From the NCBI GenBank assembly GCA_010093815.1, contig ML996578.1: 64,000 bases of DNA. One strand, 5' to 3'. Shown one piece after another: positions 11,871 through 25,193 of the stretch (position 1 is its first letter; each line of letters begins with the position of its first letter). The position numbers and the translations under genes are program-made. The notes beneath the pieces were generated by a model. It was given only the letters and a program-made list of their open reading frames with translations, had not been told where the DNA came from and ran no database searches. This DNA is from Pseudovirgaria hyperparasitica. Lineage: Eukaryota.

Positions 11871-12737
11871 ATGAGCTCTGGTTTCTTCCAAAACCTGACT
11901 ATACGGCCCAAGGTTTCAGCTGTTGACGAAGACCCCTCTCTCTCCTCCGCCAGGCACATCACAGATCCTCACACTGGTACACCTCTCAACCCTCCAAGCA
12001 CCAGTATCACCGCCAGTGCATCTACTGGCTACACTCACCCTCAAGGGAGCAAGGGAGCACAGCTTCAAGAAGCTCCCTACACCTCATACACAACAAGTAA
12101 TCTCCTCGAGCTTGGCAATTTGGAGGTTAGAGCGGCCATCTGGGGCCATGTTTTGTCTCTCCCTCTGGACAAAACACTGATTCTACAACGTCACGTCAGG
12201 GATCTGGGCCGCCCCAGCACCGACCGAACCGCTTTGCTCCGAGTGTGCAAGGAGGTCTACGCAGAAGCAGTCCCACTTCTGTACGCCCAGTCCCTTGTCT
12301 TCTACTCCATCAACACCCTCCGATCGTGGGTAATCAAAGTCGACATCAACGTCGACCATCTCTCCTCCATTGTCCTTCGCCTGCAGACCCAACTGGGTCG
12401 GGGCCATTACACCATTTCCGGAGAGCTCAAGAGCGCCTTGGGCGTTTCTGGCCTCAGCAGAGCCGGCTTTCTTGGGTCCTTGGCGCTCGATGGCCAAACC
12501 CCAGCCCTCCTCGACAATCAGTTCCCTCAGTACCAGGAGGAGGGGACTGAACGAGCCGACATGAGGCTCGTTCATATTGTGCGGAGGAGGGGGGCGGCGG
12601 CAGAGTGGCCGTGTGTGTGGGACGTCGAAGTGAGGACTCTCGGCAGAGCCTTTCGGAGATTCAAGGAGCGCCAGGCTCGACAAGATGGTCCTACAGAGGC
12701 GTGGGCAGAGTATAGGAACTTCTTCGAAATCATGTAA
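11871..12737 (+). CDS. Hypothetical protein of the same F-box-like/DUF7730-type superfamily
   Basis: 288-aa intact ORF containing LLELGNLEVRAAIWGHVL and ALLRVCKEVYAEAVPLLY. TATTTAA and a CT-rich tract lie upstream. Confidence 0.75.
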   Translation: MSSGFFQNLTIRPKVSAVDEDPSLSSARHITDPHTGTPLNPPSTSITASASTGYTHPQGSKGAQLQEAPYTSYTTSNLLELGNLEVRAAIWGHVLSLPLDKTLILQRHVRDLGRPSTDRTALLRVCKEVYAEAVPLLYAQSLVFYSINTLRSWVIKVDINVDHLSSIVLRLQTQLGRGHYTISGELKSALGVSGLSRAGFLGSLALDGQTPALLDNQFPQYQEEGTERADMRLVHIVRRRGAAAEWPCVWDVEVRTLGRAFRRFKERQARQDGPTEAWAEYRNFFEIM

Positions 12738-14139
12738 CATAGTTGATGGAAGCTCAATACATGATGACCACTGTAGTGTGGTACTACATTTTTTCGTTCA
12801 ATGTGTGACTGATTGAAGATCTGAACAGTGACGCAATCAAAATTCGTGCCTCTGAATAATACTGTTGATACAGTCTCGTAGCGAAGAACTTAGAGTCGTA
12901 TTAATTTCTTTCCACACGATACATTTTCAAGACCTTCAAGGACATGCAAACCACAGTTACACTACCGCAAAACATGATTCGATGTCAACAGTACTCTCTC
13001 ATTACAACACCATGATAGATGATATAATGTATCAGCTATGTCAATGCTGCTTAAAAACATACTATAATCCCAATGGACTGCAGTTCTTAAACGTTGTGGG
13101 TCGTTAACACCCCACTTGAATCTGGTGATACGTTGTGTCTAAGCCGTTCAAAGGCTTCTAATTGCAGTTCCGAGTACAGTTTAAAATATTTCCACCTGAT
13201 GTAGCCACCCCTATTCCTTATCCCCATTGGCGTTTTCGATTGTTCTTGACGAATTGTAAGTAGGCAGATCTCGCTCATGTCTGCATAAATCCGGATTTCA
13301 AGACTTCAGAGATACCGACCAAATAGTAAGCTTTTATAATATTTGATGGATTCACACCTTGAGTATATGTCATTAATAAATGAGATCTACTCCTGGGCTG
13401 CCAATATAGCTACAAACGTAAATGATGTCAATGCGTCGCAGGGGCTAATTAGACATATTGACCTGGTTATATTGCATAGTATAATAGCTCTCTGTTGTGC
13501 AAAATCGCGATTTTTACCTATCATACCCTTGAAAATTTGATACAGCGGGGTTAGTATAGCAATTCTGCCAACTTGATCGACCCAATCTACTCACTATTAT
13601 TTCAAACGACTACAATTCTACTCTCATCGAGGGCCTCAAGGTCGTGTATCCAGAACAGCGTCGAGAAATATCACCAAGATCAAGGAACCGATTAATTCAT
13701 TGCCATACGGCCGACTCAAAGTTTATATCCGCATTCTGGCCTCGATTTTTTATACACGGGCGATATATCATCGATACTATCTGGTCTCGGGATGTGGTAT
13801 ATCTACTCTCAGTCTGAAGAATTGCGATTCTGTTCTCCGGGTATTGTGTGAAGGACGTGATTGACGTGGCGGTAAGCAACAGCACTGTCTAAAACCTCAC
13901 TTTCGTAATCTCTCTCTGTGTCCGCCAACACAGTGGATCGATGAGTTCTATGACTTCATTTTAACTCTTTCCGTAGATTATGAATCGGGAGCTTCAATGA
14001 ACACTCAATGTTATCGAATGCGAGAACTTCCATCGCCTGATCTTCCGCGTCATACCTTACCTCCACAATCAGCGTCGATAAACAACTTAGGTTCTCGGAG
14101 TCCTACGGTAACGGAAACAAAAGAAGAACAAGAGAAGAA

Positions 14140-14182
14140 GATACAAGAGATACAAGAGATACAAGAGATACAAGAGATACAA
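14140..14182. repeat. 9-bp microsatellite (GATACAAGA)n, ~5 copies
   Basis: Directly visible tandem array. Confidence 0.9.
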
Positions 14183-16290
14183 AATCGTAGCAAGAGCTAG
14201 AGGTAGGAGGGGACTATGTAGCAGGATTGGATGATATGAGCGTGCCTTCCGCGTCGATCGACCATAAGAAAGGGTTGTAGATAACCTCCAATCCTTCCTT
14301 ATCCACCATATAAACCAAACATTTCTTACAAGACTCTCGTCTGGCGACGTGCACCGGAGAATAAAGGGGCTGGGTTGACGTCGAACCAAGTCCTTGTGCT
14401 TTGGACGGATTGTGTCTCCAAAGTCCTATCGATGTAGTCCACGGAAAACGATAACGTATACCCAGCTAAACGCATCAAAGTGAGTCGTGAATCACAGTCC
14501 TACAGTCTACCTACAGTCTATCTATACAAATCGATACACATCATGACAGTAAACCTGAAAAACAGATTTCCCAAAGACTTTCTGTCAACAATAGTGCTTT
14601 GAATCCTCCACTTCTTCCATTGCTCTTCTACTGCATGAATGAAAATCACAATCGATACCACATTCGGAATCTCCATTTAACGCCTGATTCATGCAGGCCA
14701 CTCACTATCCATCAATCCGTCACAGGCATATCGTCCGTATACAGAAATGATCGCTAGCGCTTGATATTTCGGTGCAACGGAAGCTTATGAGAGAGAGCTA
14801 GCTTCCGTCAAATCAGGCCTGGAGGAGGTCTAGACGGTGTCAGAACCTCGACACTGTACTGTACAGTAATTAGCACCGACGCGACAGCAGCACCCGTAGA
14901 CTTAGCCATGAAGATTCATGGTTTGCTAGGATAGATCCCCCTAGCCATCCATCCGCGAGAGCTGTGGAGACGAGCAACCTTGGGATTAAACCTCCGAACA
15001 CTCTAGACGTTATGCATGCTATGCTGCACAAAATTGCAATCAGGTACATACTCAGCTGTACTAGGAGATATACTGTATCCTTCGGGATGTTTAGCCCACG
15101 TGGTTCGGGGGTCTTTGGGGGGGGGACGTTGAGACGTCTTGAGTAAAGATTACAATACACGCACCCAACTTCGCTGTTTAAGAGCTAGGCAGCTCGGAAC
15201 GTACATCCCGAAGTAGCCCCCCTCCCCTCCCCCTTTGCGAGAGATATGCTTAAGTGTCGAGCTCATGCGCCATGCATGCTAAGATTCTATATGCAAGGTC
15301 GATCAGTTTGAGTCGGACGTAGTTATTCCCCCCTAAATTGCCAGAAAGAGCTTGGAGACAGGCACATGCAAAATACGAAAGATAATACTGCGCGTCTGAT
15401 GATTGGTGGGAAGGGGCTTCATATTTCTGTTTTGGGCAGGATTGCTTAGAGAAGTGGCTTGGAGTGTGACCAATGGTGAGGAAGGAACCCTTGGACGTTC
15501 CTCGGCTTAAAATCACGACGAAGGCACTAGACGTTGTGACGAGGCCTTCAGTGGGACCGGTCGGGTTGGGATAGCTTCAGATATTGGTGACCATGGCTGG
15601 GACGAACACCACTAGCTGGTTGTCGAGTAAACGCTTTATATACTAGGGCTCTGTCAATATGTGGGCCTAGATGACCGCTCTGCCCACCTGGTCATTCGTA
15701 CCCCGGAGTCCCTTGTAGCTCCATAACGGATATTTATTGACATGAATAAGAGCTGCCCGGGCTGTAGTCCGGCGTCACCAAGTGCATGTCTCCAGCTTGC
15801 CGGGTTGCAGATGCCTCTGAGACTGACGTCCACTTGTTTGACTTATGCGGACAGCTGAATCTTAGCTAGAGCATCGCCTGCTACTGTCGGACTTGATGCC
15901 CAACTCGAAATATGATTGGGTATAAATGTTAAGTAAGGCCCAAAAGGCAGGGGACTACAAACATGGTCTATAAATGCTCTCAGGATTTCAATGCTGATAT
16001 GCCCTGAAAAGAGGTGCCAAAACGAATAGAGTGGCTATACACATCCTAGGAGAAACATTGAAATGTATAGACACATAGAGCTCCAACAGAGAAAGAATTT
16101 CAAAGGGTATTTGATCGCTTTTCGCAAACGCCGGGCAATCCTTGGCCCAAATACAAACATCTTGGTATAATTTCCATTCAAATAAAAACGCCTACTTGCC
16201 TTTTGTGAATGCCCAGAATGATCCATTATACTCTATCCGCTCCTCATATCTTGACATCATGTAAAGGATCCGCATTTTATAATTCAGTGA

Positions 16291-19215
16291 CTACGAGTCT
16301 CGGTGAGCCGAGTACGGCGGCTGGTAGAAGATCATGGCAGGCCACTGTGTTTGTGAGTCCATAGCTGGCACTCCTGTATGTATCGCAGTCGTCGGAGGCC
16401 CGGAGTGCATCGGCCCTGGTCCAGGAGCTGTAGAGCTTCTTCTGTTACCCCCGAGAGCCATTAATGCGTTCGCGGATGTCAGATTTGGATGTTGCTGTGG
16501 TGCAGAGGTAACAGCGATGCCGTATCCCGGACCCGAGTGATGAGACGGATGATGCTGGGCGTGGTCATTGAGATTGTTGACAACGTGTTGACGTGTCCAC
16601 TCTTGCCAGGCAGCGGTAAAGTGGTTTTCGCGATCGGGAGCAGGATGCTGCATCATGACCGGTGCGTGAACGCTATACATGGCATGATGATGAGGTGCCT
16701 GCGCTTGTGTTGAAGCCTGGAGTGCCTGAAGGACACGCTCGTCGTCCGTCAGACTGGTTCTGTCTGTTACCGTGGCAGAAAAAGAAACCGGAGCAGAATG
16801 AGCTGGACTATGGTAGCCTTGTGAGTGCTGCTGTGTGTAATGAGATGGTTGGTAATGACCAGCTTGATGAGGAGAACCCCCGAGATACTGCTGTCTCGAC
16901 TTTGCTTCGACATCCGTTCGTGTTGGAGGATAGTGATCTTGATAGACTATCTCCGGAGTCCGATCAGCGGAGGTTATTTGGCCAACAGACTGATCGACTG
17001 CTGCATTGGCTGATGTCTGGACAACACGAGCACTGATGGCAGCCATGCTAGGGTCGATGATCTTTTGAACTGCTGAAGGCAGTCGATCACCCGTACCTGA
17101 AACGTGTGAGACAAATGGTGCAAATTATCAAAATGAATGTTGGTCTTACCATATATCTCACCAATAGCCTCCAATACCTGAATCCAAACGTCCATATCGG
17201 CTTGCAGGTCTGTGACCTCCTGAGATGTGACTGTTTTTTTGTGTTGTGTATATATGTACAACGTAGTGAAAATTGCTGCAAGATATACTATGACGTTCAC
17301 CCATGGTATATCCAAGCTCTTGTACTGCCGAAGCTCATCGACAACATGGACAAGATCTCTTGCTGCTTGCAAGCAAGCAGACATATTGTACTCGGCAAAA
17401 TCTGGATTGGTAGAGGTGCATACTGCAGGATGGTGGAGGAGCAGCTTGACTTCCTGTTCCCAGCACAATGTATAGCGTGCGAATATGTAATGCTCACCCC
17501 CGTCGACGTCGGCGGCAAACTCCTTGGGCATACTTTCACGCCATTTAGCAAGTTCTGTTTCGATGTTTCTGACCGTTCTCTCGTAAGTCTGCGGGCTCTG
17601 ACGGATTGAGTAGATTGTGCTATACATCTTGTGGACGACGTTAGCAAGTCCTGGCGTGCGCAGTCCGATCTGGAAAGAGCAGTCGCTGAACTTCTCCAGA
17701 GGTTTGCCGTCACCTTCATCGGTGTCGTTTAGTGGAAGAGGGAACTCGACATCGATGTCTTCCGGGCGGAGAGGCATCGGCCGACCAAGTCTGCCACTTA
17801 AGCCTATGAGAAGCGCAAAAAGTGCCCAGAAGACACGCTTTCGTAGCTCGACCATCTGTTGACTCATTTGAGTCGATTCTACCCACGACTTTGTTGAACG
17901 ATGTAAGCCAAGCTCGATCGCTACGGTAAACGCGATACTCGTGACTAGCCATGCTGCTCCAGGTTTAGGGAGGTTGCGCATATGGATAGACAATAACGCC
18001 AGTGCTTGAACATCCTCTAAAGTATGACTGAGAAGGAGATCCGGGAAATGACTGATGGCAAACAGATAGTGTTTATGAGCTTCTCCCAGAAGGTCGGGTT
18101 GTGTATTTCGTGTCGATATCTGGTATTTGATCATGGCAAGAATCATGTGAATGATGGCAGTCTGTGCCGCAGTAGGTTGGAATGAACTGTCATTGTATAC
18201 TTTCCACACCTAGCATTCGTGAGCCTATTGTAATAAAGAATGGTCCGTCAAGACTTACGAGGTTCATAATGGCAGGCTTATGGAATACAGGCATATAAGG
18301 ATGTAGTGAACGGAAGTACCATGTCATGAATTGACGCAGCTCCTTTTCTTCTGGAAAGTTTAATTTGTCAACATGTGCTCGACCGAGGGCAACTCGTAGG
18401 AAAGTCTGGTACGAAGTCGGTGAAGCCTCCTCATCTTCGTCTTGTGGTACGAAGTCTGTCAGATTGAGCTCAACTCCGAATATAGATAAGGAGGTGCCTT
18501 TGATAGGGCTAAGTACAGAATCTGTTGACGATATGCCCAGATAGTTATCCCCATAGCATCCTGTTCTGAATGTGGGTAAACCACCTGAGGCTAGGCCATC
18601 TGGTTGAGATGTCTTAGTTCCTTCGGAACTTGGGTCCTCGTACGAATATGATGGTGTGAGATGTCGAGTCGCTTGGTCTCCTACATTGCCAGTGCGATCT
18701 GGGTGTGCCCACGAAACATGCTGTGTCTGCGCCGATGGTTCAACGTATGCAGGGAAGGGCTGAAGCGGCTTGACATCAGCTCCTGTGTCCCTCAGCTGAG
18801 ATTGAAGGTCGGCGATTATACGCTTCAGATAGTCGTTTTCTGCTTCGAGATGTTCAGTATGGCCTCGAGTAGTCGCTCGGCCGGTGATGCGATCTGTAGT
18901 TTTACACGGCGTGTTGTTTTGCGCACAAGGCGAGCAGGCACCAGGTCTGCCGTCACATCGTATCTTGCGTACCTAAATGAAGGATATGAATCAGTCGCGT
19001 GTCGTGTAAGGTGGTACTGTGGTAGCCGTGTGACGTGAGTCTGTGATACATACCTTGCAACGGTCGCAGGCTTGCCCAGTCCGTGTGGAACTGGACAACT
19101 TCTTTTTGACCGAATTGGAGGAGTCCTGGGGGTGAGAGTCCGGGGAGTGTTCAATTTTGAGGCTCTTTTGAGGAGAGGTAGGGCTTTCATCCCCCTGCGA
19201 GCGCTTTGGAGCCAT
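16291..19215 (-). CDS. Zn(II)2Cys6 transcription factor with fungal-specific TF domain (Cat8/FacB/Acu-15-like N-terminus); 4 exons
   Basis: Introns 18973-19053, 18210-18258 and 17097-17149. Zinc cluster RTGQACDRCKVRKIRCDGRPGACSPCAQNNTPC, middle region ELGLHR...RKRVFW...LGRP, and a low-complexity His/Gln tail. Confidence 0.92.
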
Positions 19216-20058
19216 ATCCTAGTGTAGATGGAAAGTTCCGTGATCACACCTCAGTTTGCCGAGAGAGGCACCGCTTCGGGCTTCCCGTGAGCTTGAAAGC
19301 CTCAATCGAAATGGCGTTACATTGAGGGCTCAGTACGAGCACGATCTTGTTCCTGTGAGAGTCGAAGGGTGTATTTGAGAAAAGGCGTACAGCAGAGCTG
19401 GAGAACTTGAAGCCCGGCCATGAGGATGGGCGACCAGAGATGGAGCGAGAAGAGGGCAAGTAATATTTCGTAGCTTTTCTTCGGGGGGAGGGAGGGGGGG
19501 TGTATAATGGGTGAGTAGTTTTGGTTTAGGGGAGGTTAAGTTAGGTAGTAGGGTAGAAGAGAATTCGGTAGGCCGCTGCGCCCGGCTTTGAGATGGGGGG
19601 AGTTCTTTAGCTGCAGGTCCAGCGGCCATCGTTCACGCCCACAAACGTTACCGAGCCAGTCTAGCTTTGCACCTCAAATGCACCCCGGACTCTCCGAACA
19701 CGTGCATTGTCGTCGTTCTGCTCAAGGCTCGACCGATCGACCATTCCCGCTCCGCAGATCTACCTTCTCGTACCACAGCCTCCGAAAGAAAACCTCACCT
19801 CAATCAGTCTGCAGGTGAAACATCCTGGACAAGGGACAAGGGACAAGGGACCAGGGAACTAGGGATAAAAAGAAAGGCTCTGGCGAGTCTGCAAGCCCAA
19901 TACGCCCCCAGAACGTGGCACCCGTCCCACTAACGTCATATTTTCTCTGATCCAGCTTTTGTGCCTTGGTGGCAGACCGCAGATCGACTTGTATCAAGTC
20001 TCAGCCTCATCTCGCTTAGACCAAACCATTCGGGTTACAAACCTCAGACAAGCAGACA

Positions 20059-20907
20059 ATGATGGCGCCTATCGCGGTTGAGACGTTGCACCTTTCACAT
20101 CTGCCTGAGCAGCCAGTCTACGTTGCGCTGTTCACAGGCGTCACGAATGCATCCCAACTATTGGACAGAGTGCAGGCCGCTGGTAGAGACGAATTCAATG
20201 TACAAGAAAGGGCGGACCTTGAGTACGCTTTCCTAGACGCCGCTTCAGTATGTTGACCTAATATGTGCATTATTCATCGATACGCCAACTTGTACCCGAC
20301 ACAAGTGCGGATCACCATATCAGGATACTGAGCTGATGGCCACTCCTGAGCAGATACTCTCTACTACACATCTTCTATCTGCAGTTTTTCGAGCGCTAAA
20401 TGATCAGAGTAAGAATCGTCTGAAAAGCAAAAACATTCACTCCGAAATCGTTTTCTGTCTGAGTCCTAACAACAACGTAAGCTTGTGATTTCATGTTCTG
20501 TGCCTGGAGACTCATCGACTTCCCACTCTTACACAACACTGCAGATCGGCGAAAGCTTCCGGCGTTTTGGTGTCGCCAAATCCACGACAAATCTGCTTGT
20601 GGTTAAGGTACCGGATCATGATTCGACAGTGACTGCACAATCGATTGCTGAGCATCTCGACACGCGTATTGACATCAAAGGCAGTTCAGTTGCGTTCTCA
20701 AACGAAACCTTGGCCGCATGCTCTCATATCGATAATATCAAGAAGATTTATAAAATTACTGATGACAGCCCCACCCAGCAGGCCAAGAGGAAGAGAAATG
20801 ATAAGCTTCACGTGAATGGGGACTCGTCCAGCGACGCTCCAAAGATCGAAAATTTACAAAATATCGAGAGCATTATCTTAGGCACTATGGCGCTCAGAGG
20901 TTCTTAA
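20059..20907 (+). CDS. CGI121: EKC/KEOPS complex subunit Cgi121; 3 exons
   Basis: Introns 20248-20353 and 20477-20544. Motifs [45 protein letters not shown] and C-terminal [10 protein letters not shown]. Confidence 0.93.
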
Positions 20908-21060
20908 GCACGTTAGCCATGCACACCTGCATTGAGATTCCAGGCTACAAGAGCGTCTAGGCGCAGTGGTAACAACGTCCAATACTTCACTGTTACATCC
21001 ACTATTCTACATATTGAACTCCCCAGTCTATCGATGAGCGGCTGCAATGCAAATCCAATT

Positions 21061-21971
21061 CTACTTGTAGTAATATTCGGGCTTGACGTAATCAGAAAAT
21101 GTCTTTGGTTCCTCATAGCCATGGTGGTCGTCATCTGCGCAGATAGTCTTAGTAACGAAGTACATAGCAATGAAGATTTTGACTTACGACCGTGTTCGTT
21201 GTCGTGCGGGTCATCTGGAGGGCCAACATATGCCATCTTGTATACAGATCCGCATTCAGGGCATCGGGCAATGGGCCTTTTGCGGGTCATCTATGGGATT
21301 TTAGCATCACGGTCTTCCTTGTAGAGCACATTCTCATACCAGTTGCCAAAGCACATTATGCGAGCCGGCCGGAAATCCTGTACATCCGGCGTATTGCTCC
21401 TCTCCAGCGGATCTGACCATAATAGGGTTTTCCATCGTTCCTACCATTCAGATTAGTATCCTATGAGGCAAATATGAACCATATACCACGGAGACTTCAG
21501 CGGCTAGATATGTGTGGTAGAGAGGCTGTAGATTCAAGGATGCGCACCTAACCGCGAAGCGTCCAGAGGCTTCATGTCGAAGATATCGACACCCTGCATC
21601 TTTCCGATAAGCTCCAAGCGTTCGAGACCGGTAGCTTGTTCTGCATCAGTGGGAACGGTACCAGGCGCGGCACCGGGGGGAAGGAGGTCTTCCATCGTTC
21701 TGATCTCTGCAGGCCTCGTCAGTGCTGGCCCATGGGCTGTGTACAGGTATGGTATTTACCCTCAAGCTTCTTGGTGCCTTCCGGGAGGGTAGGTGGCTTG
21801 ATGTCCATGGAGACCTCTATATTGATATCGCGTCAGTCCTCATATCCTCTGACCCCAACGTCGGGCTTCTAGAAACGTACTGCGAGCAATGGAGACTGCA
21901 AAAGTCCGCTTGACAGGAGCACGCACAATGGCGCTGCGCGCCAAGGCGACGGTAGATCGCTGAAGGAACAT
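21061..21971 (-). CDS. COX4: Cytochrome c oxidase subunit 4 (fungal Cox4, = mammalian Vb); 6 exons
   Basis: Introns 21817-21880, 21707-21759, 21441-21547, 21291-21339 and 21135-21187. Presequence MFLQRSTVALARS, GTVPTDAEQATGLERLELIGK, zinc ligands GCTG and RCPECGSVYK. Confidence 0.95.
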
Positions 21972-24900
21972 ATCGAATGTCAATTGGCGACGGAGTGGAG
22001 AGGCGTGAGGTTTGAGACGTGGTCGACAGCTTGCCTAGGGGAGGTGAGGTCGAGGAGCTCCGCAAATTCCTCGGTCTACAAAAGGCTTGGCGTGTTCTAC
22101 TTTCCAACCTCAACCTTTAATCTGCCCTGATATTTCTAGCGTCGTGATATCATATTCCACACAAACGTCAATTCACATCATAAATTCTCAACTATTCAAT
22201 CATGAGCTTTGCGTCCATACGCATTTTCCAAGACCAGGATACAGCAACTTCACGCACTACGCAGGACCAATCAGGAGCTCCTTAGATCCAGCTGAGTCAT
22301 CTGCCCTAGCCAAACTTGACCAGGTTATCGATGGTGATATTGTATGCCACGCACGCAGGACAGAAGGCACAGATTGGTATTCCATGGTCGTGAGATCTTC
22401 ACAATACATGCATCAGTACAAATGTAAGATTCCCTACTAAGTAAGTTGCATGCCGCTTGCACCTGAGAGCGTTAAGAGACAATGCTGCACCGAGAGACGT
22501 TAAACAGCATGAGAACCAAGGAGATAGTCGCGACTATAGTTGAGCGAACTCAGCGATGAGAAAACAAGAAGATGTATTGCAAAATCTTATGAAGGCGACA
22601 GCACTCATATACACGAGGTACATGTTTAAGAGATGCTAAGATAGATCATTGCATGGTACACTAATTTATGCACAAAATTGTGGTCAGCAGTAGTAATATG
22701 AAGATGTATTAAGCTACCAGCAAGTATACATGTTTACCAGCATCAGGACTCCCAATCGCTATCTCTTCGTTAGTCGTATCCTTTCCAAAAAGTTCCTCCT
22801 ACTCGCCGACATTCGACAAATTTGCTGTGATAATTATCTGGAGTGCTGCCACTACGACAAGCACGCTAACAATTCAGACACAATCTTTATCATCTGTGAA
22901 TCAATCGCCTTCTGATAACATGGTCAGAGTCGTATTCATCCAGTATGACTACAATCTTGACTAAGACCTTCATAGCGACGTCCGAGCGCGAACAAAAAGT
23001 CCGGAAAAGTATTTATAGACGTCCAAGCTTGGATTTAGACAGGTTCCTTGATTAGTGAACTAGTCCAGTTCGGCCTGCCAGTGCCGACAACCCCCTTAGC
23101 CGTCAAACCATTCACAATAACCGTAATATAACGTCAGCAGCATCAAGACGCAACATACAAAGAATATGACCGTTTCCAACTCACATCTAGTATGAATATG
23201 ACGTAAGCGCTCCGGAGAGTGCTACTGCATAGGGAAGCTATGCTCACTCGCGTGAGTACCATGCAAGTCGATGCACTTTCTGCAAGAGACATAACATTGG
23301 TGGCTTATCCTAACACTGTTTGGGCTTCTGAGGCCGAGATGCTGATACATAGTCGGGCAGCAATACCACAGAGCCATAAGTGCCGGTGCCAGGCGGTGCG
23401 GCGCCACCGGACCGATACGCACAATCTTGCAACGTAGTCTCTCTTGCTATAATTAAATTCGATCGCCTCGATTACTTCCGATGGCTAGAATCATTCACAC
23501 TCGGCCGCAGTGTAGCCAGTATGAACGTCCGTTTCCAAAGAACAGAACAGAAGACTACACGACATGAACACATAACCTTAATCGCCAGCAAGCGCTTTTT
23601 CGAATGCACCGGAAATCCCAATCGACATGTCCACGGAGGTACTTTGACCTGGCCCGGGACAGATCTTGGTAACGCTCACTCCACGTGGGCTTTAGCGTCA
23701 GATTAACCTTCGGTGGACGGATCGCCACAGTCGGAACGCGCCTGTTCACAACCACAGTACCAGGTGTCGCAGCGTCATACAAGTCGAACCGTCCGAACTT
23801 TATGCTCATCGCTTAGCACGAGCGATCGACTGTCATGACCTATCGTTTCATCGCTAGATCTAATTGTGCGTTCCGTTGTTTCATGCTTCTTCGGCAGGCA
23901 ACACGGCATATTGTAGTACTGATACATGTAGTGAATCCTCGTTCTCGTTTCCGCGAGAAGGTATAGAGGCTCCCCCTTGGTTGGCTCTTACATGGTAGCC
24001 TCGAGAGATCCGCCGGCTTAGTGTCCCCCCTTCAGGAGAACTCGCAAAAAGTGACTTTGGGACTACAGTCTCAGCAGTAACCGGCTGCATGATACGAGCT
24101 TATGCGACGCAGCCCGTGAATTCTCCGAAGAATACGATGGGAGATTCTTGACTAGTCGACGTGCGGAATATCTAATTAGATTGAGGGTGGGATGGAAAGC
24201 CGGCCCAGCTCATTGGCGAGATCGGTGCTTGACAGACGTCGGTCGCTGTCTGGGGAGTAGAATGAGCAAGGAGGGACGGTGCGTGGCTGTCTGTTCTGGA
24301 CAGTGGAAAGAGTTTGAGGTGTAGAGATGGATTGTAGGAGGGACAGGAGGGGTATCATGGTAGGTTCGGTCTACGTGATATGAAATCCAGAGTTTTGGGT
24401 TATCATCATCTACCTGAACTTCTCTGAACATCTGTCTTGAAAGTGCTGTTATGCTCAAGTATCCGGGTGATTGAGACCTTCCAGCTATGATCTCAATAGC
24501 CTATCTAGGGACTCACAATCCAGGCGGTGAAGCAGCGTCACCCGAGGAACGACTTGGAGCTATGTGTCAAAAGTGCAAGGTGAGAATCTCCCGAAGTGGT
24601 AGTTTCCAAGGGGTTATTGGGTCGTGCAGCGAAATATATCGAAGATATACAGAAAACAGAGAACTCCAAGATCATGACCCTCAGATAGCCTAACCATGCG
24701 CAGAAGATCCGGATACAGCTCGTGTCTCTATACATCTGAACAGTAATAGTAACAGGTGTTTTGTCAGTCAAGTCCTCGTTGCTATATGTTCAGAGCCGAA
24801 AACTCGTGATTACATCAAATAGGTCCTCGAAGTCTCCAAACGTGCCCCTTGCCAGAGTCCGGAATAAGGTAAAGACGTCAAGAATGCTATGCTGATACGA

Positions 24901-25193
24901 GTTTCTTGTAGTGTTCTTTATGTAGTCGTTTATGATTTGATAAGGCTTCAATCGGTACAAAGTGTCCATAGTAGTGCAAGTAATGAGATTCCAGAGTCAT
25001 GATAGCTGGAGTCTACGTTCCGACGCACTTGTCTTCTTTTCGGGTGTAGACGCATCTAGATTGGGCGTCGCACGCCATGCTCGTACTTCTCGGTAACAAG
25101 TCTGACCCTGTAGAGATCAATCCATGAAAAACTCCATTGCCATTGAATGCCCATAGTCCTTTCTGATATTGGTATTCCGCTCTCACGTCGGAC

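Noticed and set aside
21441..21547. Longer COX4 intron with internal AG/GT pairs (possible microexon or nested intron)
   Set aside because: Simple splicing already yields the expected DASRLGTMENP, and the internal signals are weak.
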